DNA of 64,000 nucleotides from an uncultured Anaerolineales bacterium (lineage in GTDB: Bacteria > Chloroflexota > Anaerolineae > UBA2200). The position numbers were made by a program, and so were the translations under genes. Shown here in pieces: positions 53,933 to 63,443 of this stretch (positions within the stretch are counted from its first letter, which is position 1; every line of letters starts with the position of its first letter). The stretch is taken from positions 2,903 to 66,902 of the forward strand of contig CAYZKS010000001.1 in the NCBI GenBank assembly GCA_964478725.1. Direction: 5' to 3'. Under the pieces are notes generated by a model. The model made no database searches. It worked only from the letters and a program-made list of their open reading frames with translations, and was not told the origin of the DNA.

Positions 53933-55291
53933 ATGAGCCTGGAAAGACTGCCGCCGCAAAACGTCGAAGCCGAGCAATCGGTTCTGGGGAGTCTGCTGAT
54001 TGACCGTGACGCTATTGTCCGCATCGCGCCCTTTTTGAAAGCCGAGGATTTCTATCGCGAAGCGCACGGTCAGATCTATGCTGCCGTCCTGAATCTGCAC
54101 GAGCGGCGCGAGCCGGCGGATTTCGTCACGCTCAGCGATGAGCTGGAACGGCAGGGCATCTTGGAGTCTATCGGCGGAGCCGCGTACCTGACCTCGCTGA
54201 TCAATACTGTGCCCACCTCTATCCACGTTGAGCACTATGCGCACATCGTGGAACGCACGGCTACTCTCCGCCGCCTGATTGAGGCCGCTGGCAAGATTGC
54301 CGGTCTGGCCTACGAGGAGGCAGAAGATGTAGATGTCGTCGTGGATCGGGCTGAACAGATCCTGTTCGAGGTCTCGCAGCGCCGTGCTACCCGCGGCCTG
54401 ACTCCGATACGGCGCCTTCTGACCGAATACTACGATCGCATCGAATACCTTCACCAGCATCAAGGGGAGATGGTGGGCCTGCCCACGGGGTTTGTGGACC
54501 TGGATAGACTGCTGGGAGGTTTGCAGCGCTCCGATCTCATCATTGTGGCTGGACGGCCCGGGATGGGCAAGAGTAGCCTGGGCATGACCATGGCCCACAA
54601 AGCCGCACTCAAACACCAGGCAGTGGTAGCCTTTTTCAGCCTTGAGATGTCCGCCGAGCAGGTCGTGCAGCGCTTGATCGCTGGTGAGACAGGCATCAGT
54701 TCGCAGCGCCTGCGCGTTGGCGATATCCGTGACATCGAATGGGACAAATTCGCCAAGGCCAGTGGTGCTTTGGCGGAGACTGAGATCTTTATTGACGATA
54801 CGCCCTCGGCCTCGCCCATGGAAATCCGCACCAAGTGCCGCCGTCTGGCCGCCGAGTGCGGCCTGAATCTGGTCATCGTCGATTACTTGCAGCTTATGCA
54901 GGGCGGGACGCGCTCCGAAAACCGTGTGCAAGAAATCTCGTACATTTCACGCGCACTGAAAGGCCTCGCGCGCGAGTTGAACGTCCCGGTGGTGGCCATG
55001 TCGCAACTCTCTCGGGCGGTCGAGTCACGGCAAGACAAGCGTCCCATCTTGTCCGATCTGCGCGAATCCGGCAGTATTGAGCAGGACGCGGATGTGGTCA
55101 TGTTCATCTATCGCGACGATATGTACAATGAGAGTAGCGACCGCAAGAACGTCGCAGACATCATCGTTGCCAAACACCGCAATGGGCCCACTGGCCAGGT
55201 GATGCTGCGTTTCGTGGCCGAAGAGACCAAGTTCGTTGATCTCGACACGTACCACGAAGACATCGGCTTTGCCGAGTCGGAGGCAAGGTGA
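53933..55291 (+). CDS. dnaB: Replicative DNA helicase DnaB
   Basis: N-terminal primase-interaction domain ([12 protein letters not shown]). RecA-like C-terminal domain with Walker [10 protein letters not shown], Walker B IVDYLQLM, and arginine finger; 452 aa. Confidence 0.95.
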   Translation: MSLERLPPQNVEAEQSVLGSLLIDRDAIVRIAPFLKAEDFYREAHGQIYAAVLNLHERREPADFVTLSDELERQGILESIGGAAYLTSLINTVPTSIHVEHYAHIVERTATLRRLIEAAGKIAGLAYEEAEDVDVVVDRAEQILFEVSQRRATRGLTPIRRLLTEYYDRIEYLHQHQGEMVGLPTGFVDLDRLLGGLQRSDLIIVAGRPGMGKSSLGMTMAHKAALKHQAVVAFFSLEMSAEQVVQRLIAGETGISSQRLRVGDIRDIEWDKFAKASGALAETEIFIDDTPSASPMEIRTKCRRLAAECGLNLVIVDYLQLMQGGTRSENRVQEISYISRALKGLARELNVPVVAMSQLSRAVESRQDKRPILSDLRESGSIEQDADVVMFIYRDDMYNESSDRKNVADIIVAKHRNGPTGQVMLRFVAEETKFVDLDTYHEDIGFAESEAR

Positions 55292-55986
55292 GCAAGTTTG
55301 CCGGGTTTCCAGGGGGCCAACTCAAGTACACGCCACTCCCGGACCTGTTCTTCAGCGAGCTACTGCCGCAGATAGACAGCCTGGCCGAATTGAAGGTTAC
55401 GCTGCACGTGTTGTGGCTGCTCTACCGCAAGCAGGGCACCCCGCGTTATGTGACGTTTGCCGAACTGCAGCGAGACAGCACGCTGTTGCGCGGCTTGGCG
55501 GGTCTTTCAGAATCGCCCGTGCAGGCCCTCAGAGAAGGCCTGCAGCAAGCCGTCGTGCGTGGCACGTTGTTGCGCCTGGCCAGCTCCGGTGCGGACGGTG
55601 AGCAGTTCTACTTTGCGAATAGCGCCCAGGGCCGGAAGGGCGTTGAGAAGGTGCGATCGGGCGAGTTGCAGTTGACACCATCTGCTGCATTGGATGAAGC
55701 CACGGGAGTGAAGGAGCCTCCCAATATCTTTGTTCTGTACGAGCAGAACATTGGTTTGCTGCAGCCTTTGATTGCAGATGAGCTGAAAGAGGCAGAGGCA
55801 GAGTTCCCCGCGGAATGGATTGAGGATGCTTTTCGCATTGCCGTGGAACAGAACGTGCGCAACTGGAAGTATATTCGACGCATCCTGGAGCGATGGCGAA
55901 CAGAAGGCAAGGGCAATGGCAAAGGCGAAACGCGCGACAGAACCTGGTACACAGACGAAGAGTCCCGCAGATTTATCCGACGCTAG
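55288..55986 (+). CDS. DnaD-domain protein (DnaD/DnaB_2-type replication initiation/helicase-loading factor)
   Basis: C-terminal DnaD-like domain ([15 protein letters not shown]...[29 protein letters not shown]). GTG or ATG start overlaps the dnaB stop (4-nt overlap). Confidence 0.6.
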   Translation: MSKFAGFPGGQLKYTPLPDLFFSELLPQIDSLAELKVTLHVLWLLYRKQGTPRYVTFAELQRDSTLLRGLAGLSESPVQALREGLQQAVVRGTLLRLASSGADGEQFYFANSAQGRKGVEKVRSGELQLTPSAALDEATGVKEPPNIFVLYEQNIGLLQPLIADELKEAEAEFPAEWIEDAFRIAVEQNVRNWKYIRRILERWRTEGKGNGKGETRDRTWYTDEESRRFIRR

Positions 55987-57361
55987 GCTGAGTCCTGTAG
56001 AGCCGTGCCAAATCTGCCACGGCGCGGGCTACCTGCGACGCGACGTGCCGCCAGGCCATCCAGATTTTGGCCGTCCCGTGCCGTGTCAGTGCAAGCTGCT
56101 GGAGCGTCAACTGCGACGTCAGCAGGACCTGCGCCAAACCAGCAACTTGGGACAGCTTGAGCGCATGACGTTCGATACCTTCTTGGCCGCCGGACATGGT
56201 TTGAATCCCGAGTTGCAGGCCAACCTGAAAAAGGCCTTTGACAAAGCGCGAGAGTATGCGCAACAGCCAAGTGGCTGGCTGGTGCTAAAAGGCGGATATG
56301 GCTGCGGCAAGACTCACCTGGCAGCTGCCATCGCCAACCATCAGGTGGAGCGGAGCAAGCCGGTGCTTTTTGTGGTGGTGCCGGACCTGTTAGACTACCT
56401 GCGCACCACCTATGCCCCCAACAGTCCAGTCAGCTTTGATCAACGCTTCGACGCGGTGCGCACCGCCCCTTTGCTGATCCTGGATGATCTGGGTTCACAG
56501 AGCAGCACTCCTTGGGCCCAGGAGAAGCTGTATCAGATCTTGAATTACCGCTACAATGCACAGTTGCCAACGGTGATCACCACCAATTCCGAAATCGAGG
56601 ACCTGGACCCCAGAATTCACTCCCGCATGGTCGAGCTGGACTGGTCCGCGATGGTGCACATCCTGGCCCCCGACTATCGCGAGGGCGCCGATGCAAGGCA
56701 ATCAGAGCTGAGCAGTCTGGGCTTGCACTCTGATCAGACGTTTGAGAGCTTTGATCTGCGCGACGATGAAACCGACCTCGCGCCACCCCAGCGGGCGAAC
56801 CTCAGGCGCTCACTCAACATGGCCAAGGCATTTGCTGAAGATCCTCAAGGCTGGCTGGTGATCACTGGCGACTATGGATGCGGAAAGACCCACCTGGCAG
56901 CGGCCATTGCCAACTGCCGCTTCTACCAGAACTACCCTGTGCTGTTTGTGGTCGTCCCCGACTTACTGGACCACCTGCGGGCAACCTTCAGCCCGCAGAG
57001 CACAGTTGGCTTTGATCGCCGTTTTGAAGAGATCCGCAACAGCCCGCTGCTGGTTCTGGATGATCTGGGGACACACAGCGCAACGCCTTGGGCCCAAGAG
57101 AAGCTGTTCCAGATCTTTGACCATCGCTACAACGCGCGCCTGCCCACCGTCATTACCATGACGCGAGATGTCGAAATCGACCCGCGATTGAAGACGCGCA
57201 TTCTGGATACCCGTTTGTGCCAGGTCTGGGAGATCACGGCGCCAAGCTATCGAGGTCGGTTGGACGTCCGTGAGTCAGGGCGGACACAAAGAGGCCATGG
57301 CTCGCGTCCCTTGGCGTCGGGCTCAGAGCCACGTAGAAGGGGCATAGGTGCCCCTGGTTGA
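55916..57361 (+). CDS. DnaC/DnaI-like helicase loader (IstB-type AAA+) with an internally duplicated AAA+ module and an N-terminal Cys-rich region
   Basis: Two complete copies of Walker A (GGYGCGKTHLAAAIAN / GDYGCGKTHLAAAIAN), Walker B (LLILDDLG / LLVLDDLG), sensor-1 (TVITTN / TVITMT) and the box (WAQEKLYQILNYRYNAQLP / WAQEKLFQIFDHRYNARLP). N-terminal CQICHGAGY...CQC. ATG at 55916 with a GAAGG RBS; overlaps the DnaD-like gene by 71 nt. Confidence 0.7.
   Translation: MAKAKRATEPGTQTKSPADLSDARLSPVEPCQICHGAGYLRRDVPPGHPDFGRPVPCQCKLLERQLRRQQDLRQTSNLGQLERMTFDTFLAAGHGLNPELQANLKKAFDKAREYAQQPSGWLVLKGGYGCGKTHLAAAIANHQVERSKPVLFVVVPDLLDYLRTTYAPNSPVSFDQRFDAVRTAPLLILDDLGSQSSTPWAQEKLYQILNYRYNAQLPTVITTNSEIEDLDPRIHSRMVELDWSAMVHILAPDYREGADARQSELSSLGLHSDQTFESFDLRDDETDLAPPQRANLRRSLNMAKAFAEDPQGWLVITGDYGCGKTHLAAAIANCRFYQNYPVLFVVVPDLLDHLRATFSPQSTVGFDRRFEEIRNSPLLVLDDLGTHSATPWAQEKLFQIFDHRYNARLPTVITMTRDVEIDPRLKTRILDTRLCQVWEITAPSYRGRLDVRESGRTQRGHGSRPLASGSEPRRRGIGAPG
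56225..57260 (+). repeat. Intragenic tandem duplication (two copies of about 0.5 kb, roughly 75% nucleotide identity) encoding the duplicated AAA+ module of the DnaI-like protein
   Basis: Copy 1 is about 56225..56700, copy 2 about 56815..57260; long collinear runs of identical codons are seen by eye (e.g. GGCTGCGGCAAGACTCACCTGGCAGC vs GGATGCGGAAAGACCCACCTGGCAGC). Confidence 0.7.
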
Positions 57362-59039
57362 TGATGGGACTCTCCACAGGTCGGTCTTGCCCATGACTCG
57401 TGCTCGCGGCCCCCAATCCACACGCCATCGCGCTACTGCGGCCCTGTCTCTGGCATTGATGGCCATTCTAGTGCTTGTGCTGACCGCTCTGCTGGCACGA
57501 GCTCCGATCATGGCGTATCTCAATAGCGTGACTGGTGAGGAAGATGCGTGGGAGCAGGTCAAGGGCTTTGGACGGCTGCTCGTCCTACGCCTGACCGGTC
57601 CTGCGCTGCAGTTGGCCGCCGAGACACCGATGCAGCACGCGGGTGTGAACCCCTTCGGAGTCAACACCTTCCTCGAGCAGGAAGTGGAGCCCCAGAAGGT
57701 TGAGCTTGCGCTGCAAATGATTCGCGATGCCGGCTTTCGCTGGATTCGCCAGGAGTTCCCCTGGGAGGACATCGAACACAGCGGACGTGGCGACTTCTGG
57801 GACCACAAGTGGGACAAGAGCGCCTGGGAGAAATACGACCGTATCGTCGAGATCGCTAACCGATACGGCGTGCAAGTGATTGCCCGCCTGGATCATCCCC
57901 CTGCCTGGACGCGTGCAGACGGCGATGCCCGTGGCACACGCTGCCCTCCCGACGACTTCCATGACTTTGGCAACTTTGTTTTCGCCGTAGTCAGTCGCTA
58001 CAGGGGCCAGGTGCGCTATTACCAGATCTGGAACGAGCCCAACATCTACCCCGAATGGGGCGAGCAAGCGGTGGATGCCGCCGGCTACGTGCGCTTGCTG
58101 CAGATTGCCTACCGTCGGACCAAGGAGGCGGACCCCGAGTGCGTCATCCTCTGCGCAGGCCTGGCTCAAACGGTGGAGACGGGGCCCAAGAACCTCAGCG
58201 ACTTGATCTACCTGCAGCAAATGTACGACGCCGGGGTCAGGGGCTACTTCGATATCATGGGCGTGATGGCCTATGGCTTGTGGACTGGGCCTACCGATCG
58301 CCGCGCCAGCCCAGAACTTGCCAATTTCAGCCGACCGCAGCTAATCCGTAACATCATGGTGCGCAATGGCGACGCGGACAAACCACTGTGGGCCACGGAG
58401 GTAGGCTGGAATGCAGTGCCGCTCGACTTCGAGGGGCCTGCGGTTTACGGCCGGGTTACCCTGGAGCGACAGGCGCGCTATGCCGTGCAGGCCTACCAGC
58501 GCGCACAGCAGGAATGGCCCTGGATGGGCGTGATGAACTACTGGTTCTTCAAGCGCGCCACGGACACGGAAATGGACCAGGCCTTCTACTATTTCCGCAT
58601 GGTCGAGCCTGACTTCACTCCATTGCCAGTCTATGAAGTCATGAGAGAGTATGCCAACCAAGGGCCGTGCGTCTACCCGGGCTACCATCAGGAAGACCAC
58701 TGGGCCCTGCAATGGCATGGCGACTGGCAAGCCGTCAGAGACGAGCAGGCTGTCTTGGGTAGACTCCGCCGCAGCGTGCGTCCAGGCGATGCTCTGCACT
58801 TCACCTTCGTCGGCACGGAGCTGAGGCTGGTGGTCTACAAGGGCCCCAATGCAGGTTCTCTACAATGCGTCATAGATGGCGGAAAGCCGATCGCCCTTGC
58901 CCTCACGGACAGCGTGCCGCAATACGGCGTGGAACCTGTGCTGGCGAGGGGTCTTGGCCGCACCGGGCACAAGGTGGAGATCGTCATCCAGGGCGAGCTG
59001 GGGACGCAGGTGCTCATCGATGGTTTGGTAGTCCGGTGA
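57348..59039 (+). CDS. Membrane-anchored clan GH-A glycoside hydrolase (GH5/GH39-like) with a C-terminal beta-sandwich domain
   Basis: N-terminal TM anchor. Acid/base motif IWNEPN and nucleophile motif WATEVGW in clan-A order. C-terminal beta-sandwich-like domain of about 130 aa. GTG start with a GAAGGGG RBS. Confidence 0.55.
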   Translation: MPLVDDGTLHRSVLPMTRARGPQSTRHRATAALSLALMAILVLVLTALLARAPIMAYLNSVTGEEDAWEQVKGFGRLLVLRLTGPALQLAAETPMQHAGVNPFGVNTFLEQEVEPQKVELALQMIRDAGFRWIRQEFPWEDIEHSGRGDFWDHKWDKSAWEKYDRIVEIANRYGVQVIARLDHPPAWTRADGDARGTRCPPDDFHDFGNFVFAVVSRYRGQVRYYQIWNEPNIYPEWGEQAVDAAGYVRLLQIAYRRTKEADPECVILCAGLAQTVETGPKNLSDLIYLQQMYDAGVRGYFDIMGVMAYGLWTGPTDRRASPELANFSRPQLIRNIMVRNGDADKPLWATEVGWNAVPLDFEGPAVYGRVTLERQARYAVQAYQRAQQEWPWMGVMNYWFFKRATDTEMDQAFYYFRMVEPDFTPLPVYEVMREYANQGPCVYPGYHQEDHWALQWHGDWQAVRDEQAVLGRLRRSVRPGDALHFTFVGTELRLVVYKGPNAGSLQCVIDGGKPIALALTDSVPQYGVEPVLARGLGRTGHKVEIVIQGELGTQVLIDGLVVR

Positions 59040-59114
59040 AAGCGAGCTGCGCCCCTGCTCTACGAACCCCCAAGACCTCATCGGCAGCGGCGACAGGATA
59101 GACCAGGAGGCGAC

Positions 59115-59978
59115 ATGTCAGAGAGCAGGACCCGCACCTCGCTGCTGCTCGCCTTTTTTCATCTCCTCAGACTGAATCGCAGCATGGTGGTCGCCATGCT
59201 CACCGGGGCGGCAGCCTTCTCTGCTGGTGCTGGCACAGTACGGAGCCTGTGGATGACCCTGGCGGGATGGTGTCTGGCCGTGGGTGGCTTCTCCCTGGAT
59301 TTCTACGCCGATCAGGACCTTGATATGGAAGGCCCGCGTTCTGTGTTGCGTCACAATCCGATCGCCGATGGCTCGATTTTGCCACGAGTGAGCCTTGCCT
59401 TTTCAGTGACCTTTGTCGCGGCGAGCCTTGCACTGGTGCTTTGGCTTGCCATGCGGGCATTGGTTCCTTGGTTTGCCATCCTGGCCGTCATTATAGGCCT
59501 GGCTCTACACTGGTTTGAGACCCCCATCGCTCGCGCGCTGACACTGGGGCTGCTGCAAGGGCTGTATGTGCTCATGGGTAGCTTGGCTGGCCGTCTCAGC
59601 CCTGCGCTGATGCTACTGGCTGCGATGTTCTTCTTTGCTATGTTCGGCGGGCGGGGCATGATCGACATCCGCGACTATCCCCAGGATGTGCCAACGCGCG
59701 TGCAAACGCTGCCCAAGCGCTACGGTCTCCATCGTACGGCCCAGTTCACGTTCGTCTGTCTACTGATTGCTTATGCCCTGAGTTTCCTGGCCTATCTGAC
59801 CGGCGAGTTCAACACGCTCTACTTGTACCTTGATCTGGCATTCATCGGGGTGGGCATCGTCGGTGCTTGCTGGTTTGTGGCGCGACCCACCCCGCGCCTC
59901 GCCCACGTCCTGACCTTGGTGTTCATGGTTGGCGCAGGCTTTATCATGTGCTTGGCCATGATCGTTGGGAAGCTATGA
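59115..59978 (+). CDS. UbiA-superfamily polyprenyl (phospho)transferase
   Basis: 8-9 TM helices with two Asp-rich motifs (YADQDLD and DIRDYPQD) at the canonical UbiA positions. Confidence 0.7.
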   Translation: MSESRTRTSLLLAFFHLLRLNRSMVVAMLTGAAAFSAGAGTVRSLWMTLAGWCLAVGGFSLDFYADQDLDMEGPRSVLRHNPIADGSILPRVSLAFSVTFVAASLALVLWLAMRALVPWFAILAVIIGLALHWFETPIARALTLGLLQGLYVLMGSLAGRLSPALMLLAAMFFFAMFGGRGMIDIRDYPQDVPTRVQTLPKRYGLHRTAQFTFVCLLIAYALSFLAYLTGEFNTLYLYLDLAFIGVGIVGACWFVARPTPRLAHVLTLVFMVGAGFIMCLAMIVGKL

Positions 59979-60123
59979 GGCCATCATGCTGCAGCGCAGA
60001 GAACGCATCACGGGAAGAATAACGGCGGGGACAGCATGTTGAAACGATTGCTCGCTGCGTTCATGTTGCTGCCTATCGTCAGCGCCGCAGCTTGCGGAGA
60101 GGACGGAAGATCGCACACGTGTC

Positions 60124-61674
60124 ATGCTTGAGCTGGCGCATGCGCAGTCCGAGTCCTGGCGGCCAGGCATGAGGAAGCCGCTGGTCCTGCATCCATTCCT
60201 GTATGCCGCCGAGCCTGTCCTGGCGCTCTTCGCCCAGAACGCCGGCATTGTCGCGGTTCATGAGCTTGGCGTATGCCTGGCGGTCACCTGCGCATTGGCG
60301 GCTGCAGCCTGGTTCGTGGCATCGCGACTGGTCAGAGACAGCCTCACTGGAGCAGCCGTCGCATCGTGGATGGTGTTGCTGCTCTTCTCCTTTGGCCGAC
60401 TGCTGGCAATGGTGGGCGTGCAGAGCGCAAGGTTCTCCCGTGCGACCTGGTTCAGCCTGTGGCTGATCCTGCTTCTGCTAGGGCTTGCGCTCGTTGCCAG
60501 GCTCCGGTCGCGCTCCCGACAGGTGAACGTCTGGCTGAACGTGCTCGCGATTGGATGGAGCCTCTTGCCCTTGCTGCAGGTAACACTTGATCTGGCCACG
60601 CGCCTGGCCGTGAGCCGTACGTTCCAGCCTGTGTCGGCTCCGAGCTCAGCCTCTGTCTGGCAAGGACCAGTGCCGGACATCTACTACATCATCCTTGACG
60701 GCTATGCTAGGAATGACGTCCTGAAAGCCATATACGACTATGACAATCAGGCGTTCCTGGATCGCCTGACCCAGAAAGGGTTTTTCGTCGCCACTTCCAG
60801 TCGGACCAACTACTCGCAGACCATCCCGTCCCTGGCTTCGTCGCTCAACATGACCTACTTGGATGATGTGGCTCGACAGATGAGCGCAGCGCCTCACAAC
60901 CGCTGGCCCGCGGTGCAGATGATCCATGACAGCGCCGTTGTGCGCTTTCTGAAACAGCGTGGCTACCAGTTCGTCGCGGTCGCTTCTGCCTATTCCGGCA
61001 CGGAGTTCCAGAGCGCAGATGTCTGCGCGCAGCCTCCGGCCAGCTTGACCTACTTCCAGAACATGCTTCTGGGTGCGACCCCGCTGGTCACGCTATTCCC
61101 CAACCTGCAGTACGACATTCACCGTGATCGGATTCTGTTTTCGTTTCGCTTTCTGCAGGAGTTTCAGCCCGGGGAAGCACCTGTGTTCCTCTTGGCCCAC
61201 ATTGTGAGTCCCCACCCGCCGTTTGTGTTCGAAGAAGATGGCAGCTCGCTCTACCCATTGCGGCCCTTCTCGTTAATTGATGGGAGCCATTACTTGCGCT
61301 CGAGTGCTCGAGAGGAGTACAGGCAAGGGTACATCAGGCAACTTCTCCACGTGAGCCAACTGATCGAGGAAACTGTTGACATCATCTTGGCAAGTTCGCA
61401 AGAGCCGCCGGTGATCATCCTGCAGGCCGATCACGGACCGGGCTCCATGCTGGATTGGGAAAACGTCGACAACACCAACTTGCAGGAGCGGCTGAGCATT
61501 CTCAACGCGTACTACCTTCCGCAAGGCAAACAGACTCTCTACGACACAATCAGCCCTGTGAACACGTTTCGCGTGGTCCTCAATGCTTGCCTCGGGACGC
61601 ACCTGGTCCTGCTACCGGACACCAGTCACTTCTCGACAGCCAGCCATCCATACGAGTTTGTGGCGTGTCCGTGA
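60124..61674 (+). CDS. Membrane-anchored alkaline-phosphatase-superfamily enzyme (LtaS/sulfatase/phosphoethanolamine-transferase-like)
   Basis: About 5 N-terminal TM helices, then a catalytic domain with an N-terminal metal/nucleophile region (YYIILDGYAR) and a distal DHG motif (ILQADHGPG). Confidence 0.5.
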   Translation: MLELAHAQSESWRPGMRKPLVLHPFLYAAEPVLALFAQNAGIVAVHELGVCLAVTCALAAAAWFVASRLVRDSLTGAAVASWMVLLLFSFGRLLAMVGVQSARFSRATWFSLWLILLLLGLALVARLRSRSRQVNVWLNVLAIGWSLLPLLQVTLDLATRLAVSRTFQPVSAPSSASVWQGPVPDIYYIILDGYARNDVLKAIYDYDNQAFLDRLTQKGFFVATSSRTNYSQTIPSLASSLNMTYLDDVARQMSAAPHNRWPAVQMIHDSAVVRFLKQRGYQFVAVASAYSGTEFQSADVCAQPPASLTYFQNMLLGATPLVTLFPNLQYDIHRDRILFSFRFLQEFQPGEAPVFLLAHIVSPHPPFVFEEDGSSLYPLRPFSLIDGSHYLRSSAREEYRQGYIRQLLHVSQLIEETVDIILASSQEPPVIILQADHGPGSMLDWENVDNTNLQERLSILNAYYLPQGKQTLYDTISPVNTFRVVLNACLGTHLVLLPDTSHFSTASHPYEFVACP

Positions 61675-61752
61675 GGGCGGTGCATGCTGACGTTCAGCGG
61701 CAGTCCGGAAACTTGGGATCTGCCGCTGGCCCTATACCGAGAAGGAATCACG

Positions 61753-63441
61753 ATGAGACTCAACCGATGGAACATGGTTATGCTAGCTGCCCTGACTTTG
61801 ACCGCATTGGCCTTGGCAGCATGGCTGGGATGGAGTACGTACAACTATCGTCCTGCTTATCACCAGCCACAGGAGATGGGTCCAGCCCTCCCCGTCCTGA
61901 GCGGTAGGGTGGCGCTAGTTCTGATAGATGGCTTGCCGTACCACCTCGCGACACAGATGCCGTGTCTGCAGCCGCTGATCGGGCGTGCGGCAACTGCCAA
62001 ATCGCTCAGTGTGCTACCCACGATGTCACAAGCGACGTGGACTGCGCTCCTGTCGGGAGCGCGGCCGGAAATCAGCGGGGCGGCATTGTTCAACGCCGAG
62101 TATGACGCTCTGCAGCCCATCCAGGTGGATCATCTGTTCGCACTCGCCAAAGACGCCGGCATGAGCACTGCCATCGCAGGCCACAAGTGGTGGAAGAAGA
62201 TGATCCCGGCCCAGTTCGTCGACCGGTCACACTATGTGGCGGCATTTGATGCGGCGGGTGACCTGGAGGCGACTCAGGCAGCCATCGGCTTCTTGCATGA
62301 CCCGACAATCGATCTGCTGCTCGTTTATCTCGGTGAATACGACGAAATGAGTGACATTCACGGTCCGAGCAGCCAGATCGGTAGCGAAGCGCTACGCAAT
62401 ACCAACGAACGCGTGTGCGAGCTCCTGGCAGAGATTGACCTGGGTAGTACCGTGCTCGCCATCACCGCGGACCATGGCCAACTCCCGCAGGGTGGACATG
62501 GCGGTGACGACAAGCCGGTCCGGGAAACGTTGTTTCTGCTAGCTGGTCCGCACGTACGACCCGGGGAATACCAGAGCATCGAGCAACCGGACATCGCCCT
62601 GACGCTAGCGGCCTTGCTGGGCCTGCCTTTACCGCGTTCGGGTCAGGGCCGCATTCTGCATGGGCTTCTGGAAGCAACGCCTGCCGTGAAGATGCGCTGG
62701 CAAGCGGCGCTGGCTATTCAGAGCATGGCCCAGGCAGATGCATACCTGGAGTCAATCAAGGCAGCCAAGTTGCCAACGGCTCTGCATGACCAGGTGACCA
62801 AGCTGGAGGAGGCGTTGCAGGTCGAGAGTCTCGAAGAGGCGGAACGGTTGTCGAGCACATTGCTGGACCAGACAGCACTGTTCCTGACGCGTGAGCGGGC
62901 CGCCAAGATCAGCCGCAGTCGCCTGACGCGTGTGCCCATAGCCCTTGGTGGGCTGGCCTTGATTGTGCTGCTGTTTCTGGACAACTGGCGTCGTGGTCAC
63001 AGGGCAGCGATGTTGCTGGCATTGTTGAGCGCAGTAGCCTATCAGGCATTGTGGATGGCACGCGGTCACGTATTCTCGTTGAGTACACTGAGCAGTCCGG
63101 GTAGTCCGGTGAGTCTGCTCGTGACGCTTGTCGGTGGGGCAATGGCCGTTCTCGTGCTGGGCTGGTTTCTACTGTGGCTGCCGTCCTTTCTGCGCCGAGA
63201 CGGTACGAAGCCTCCGCTCTCATCCGCGCGGGCTTTCAGCACTGGGGTGGTGGGCATCCTGTTCCTGCTGGGACTGGCTGCATTCACCGTCAATGGCAGC
63301 CTCGGATCCTGGCAGCTGGTCGTGCCCAGCCTGGCCTTTGTGGTGCTGCTCGCCTGGGTGCAGGCTGCGTTGGTTGGGAGCTTGTCCCTGCTGGGGTTTG
63401 GCCTTGTGAAACTGGTACAGCGCATATTCAGAAGGAGGTAG
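61753..63441 (+). CDS. Alkaline phosphatase family protein (type I phosphodiesterase/nucleotide pyrophosphatase-like) with a C-terminal polytopic membrane domain
   Basis: N-terminal signal/anchor. Phosphodiesterase-type motifs (ALVLIDGLPY, PTMSQATW nucleophile region, TADHGQ, DEMSDIHG). About 5 C-terminal TM helices. ATG at 61753 with a GAAGGA RBS. Confidence 0.65.
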   Translation: MRLNRWNMVMLAALTLTALALAAWLGWSTYNYRPAYHQPQEMGPALPVLSGRVALVLIDGLPYHLATQMPCLQPLIGRAATAKSLSVLPTMSQATWTALLSGARPEISGAALFNAEYDALQPIQVDHLFALAKDAGMSTAIAGHKWWKKMIPAQFVDRSHYVAAFDAAGDLEATQAAIGFLHDPTIDLLLVYLGEYDEMSDIHGPSSQIGSEALRNTNERVCELLAEIDLGSTVLAITADHGQLPQGGHGGDDKPVRETLFLLAGPHVRPGEYQSIEQPDIALTLAALLGLPLPRSGQGRILHGLLEATPAVKMRWQAALAIQSMAQADAYLESIKAAKLPTALHDQVTKLEEALQVESLEEAERLSSTLLDQTALFLTRERAAKISRSRLTRVPIALGGLALIVLLFLDNWRRGHRAAMLLALLSAVAYQALWMARGHVFSLSTLSSPGSPVSLLVTLVGGAMAVLVLGWFLLWLPSFLRRDGTKPPLSSARAFSTGVVGILFLLGLAAFTVNGSLGSWQLVVPSLAFVVLLAWVQAALVGSLSLLGFGLVKLVQRIFRRR

Positions 63442-63443
63442 TC

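Noticed and set aside
53672-54931. 419-aa minus-strand ORF spanning the BFN and dnaB genes
   Set aside because: Antisense to dnaB (Walker motifs, 452 aa) and crosses a gene boundary; a spurious high-GC antisense ORF.
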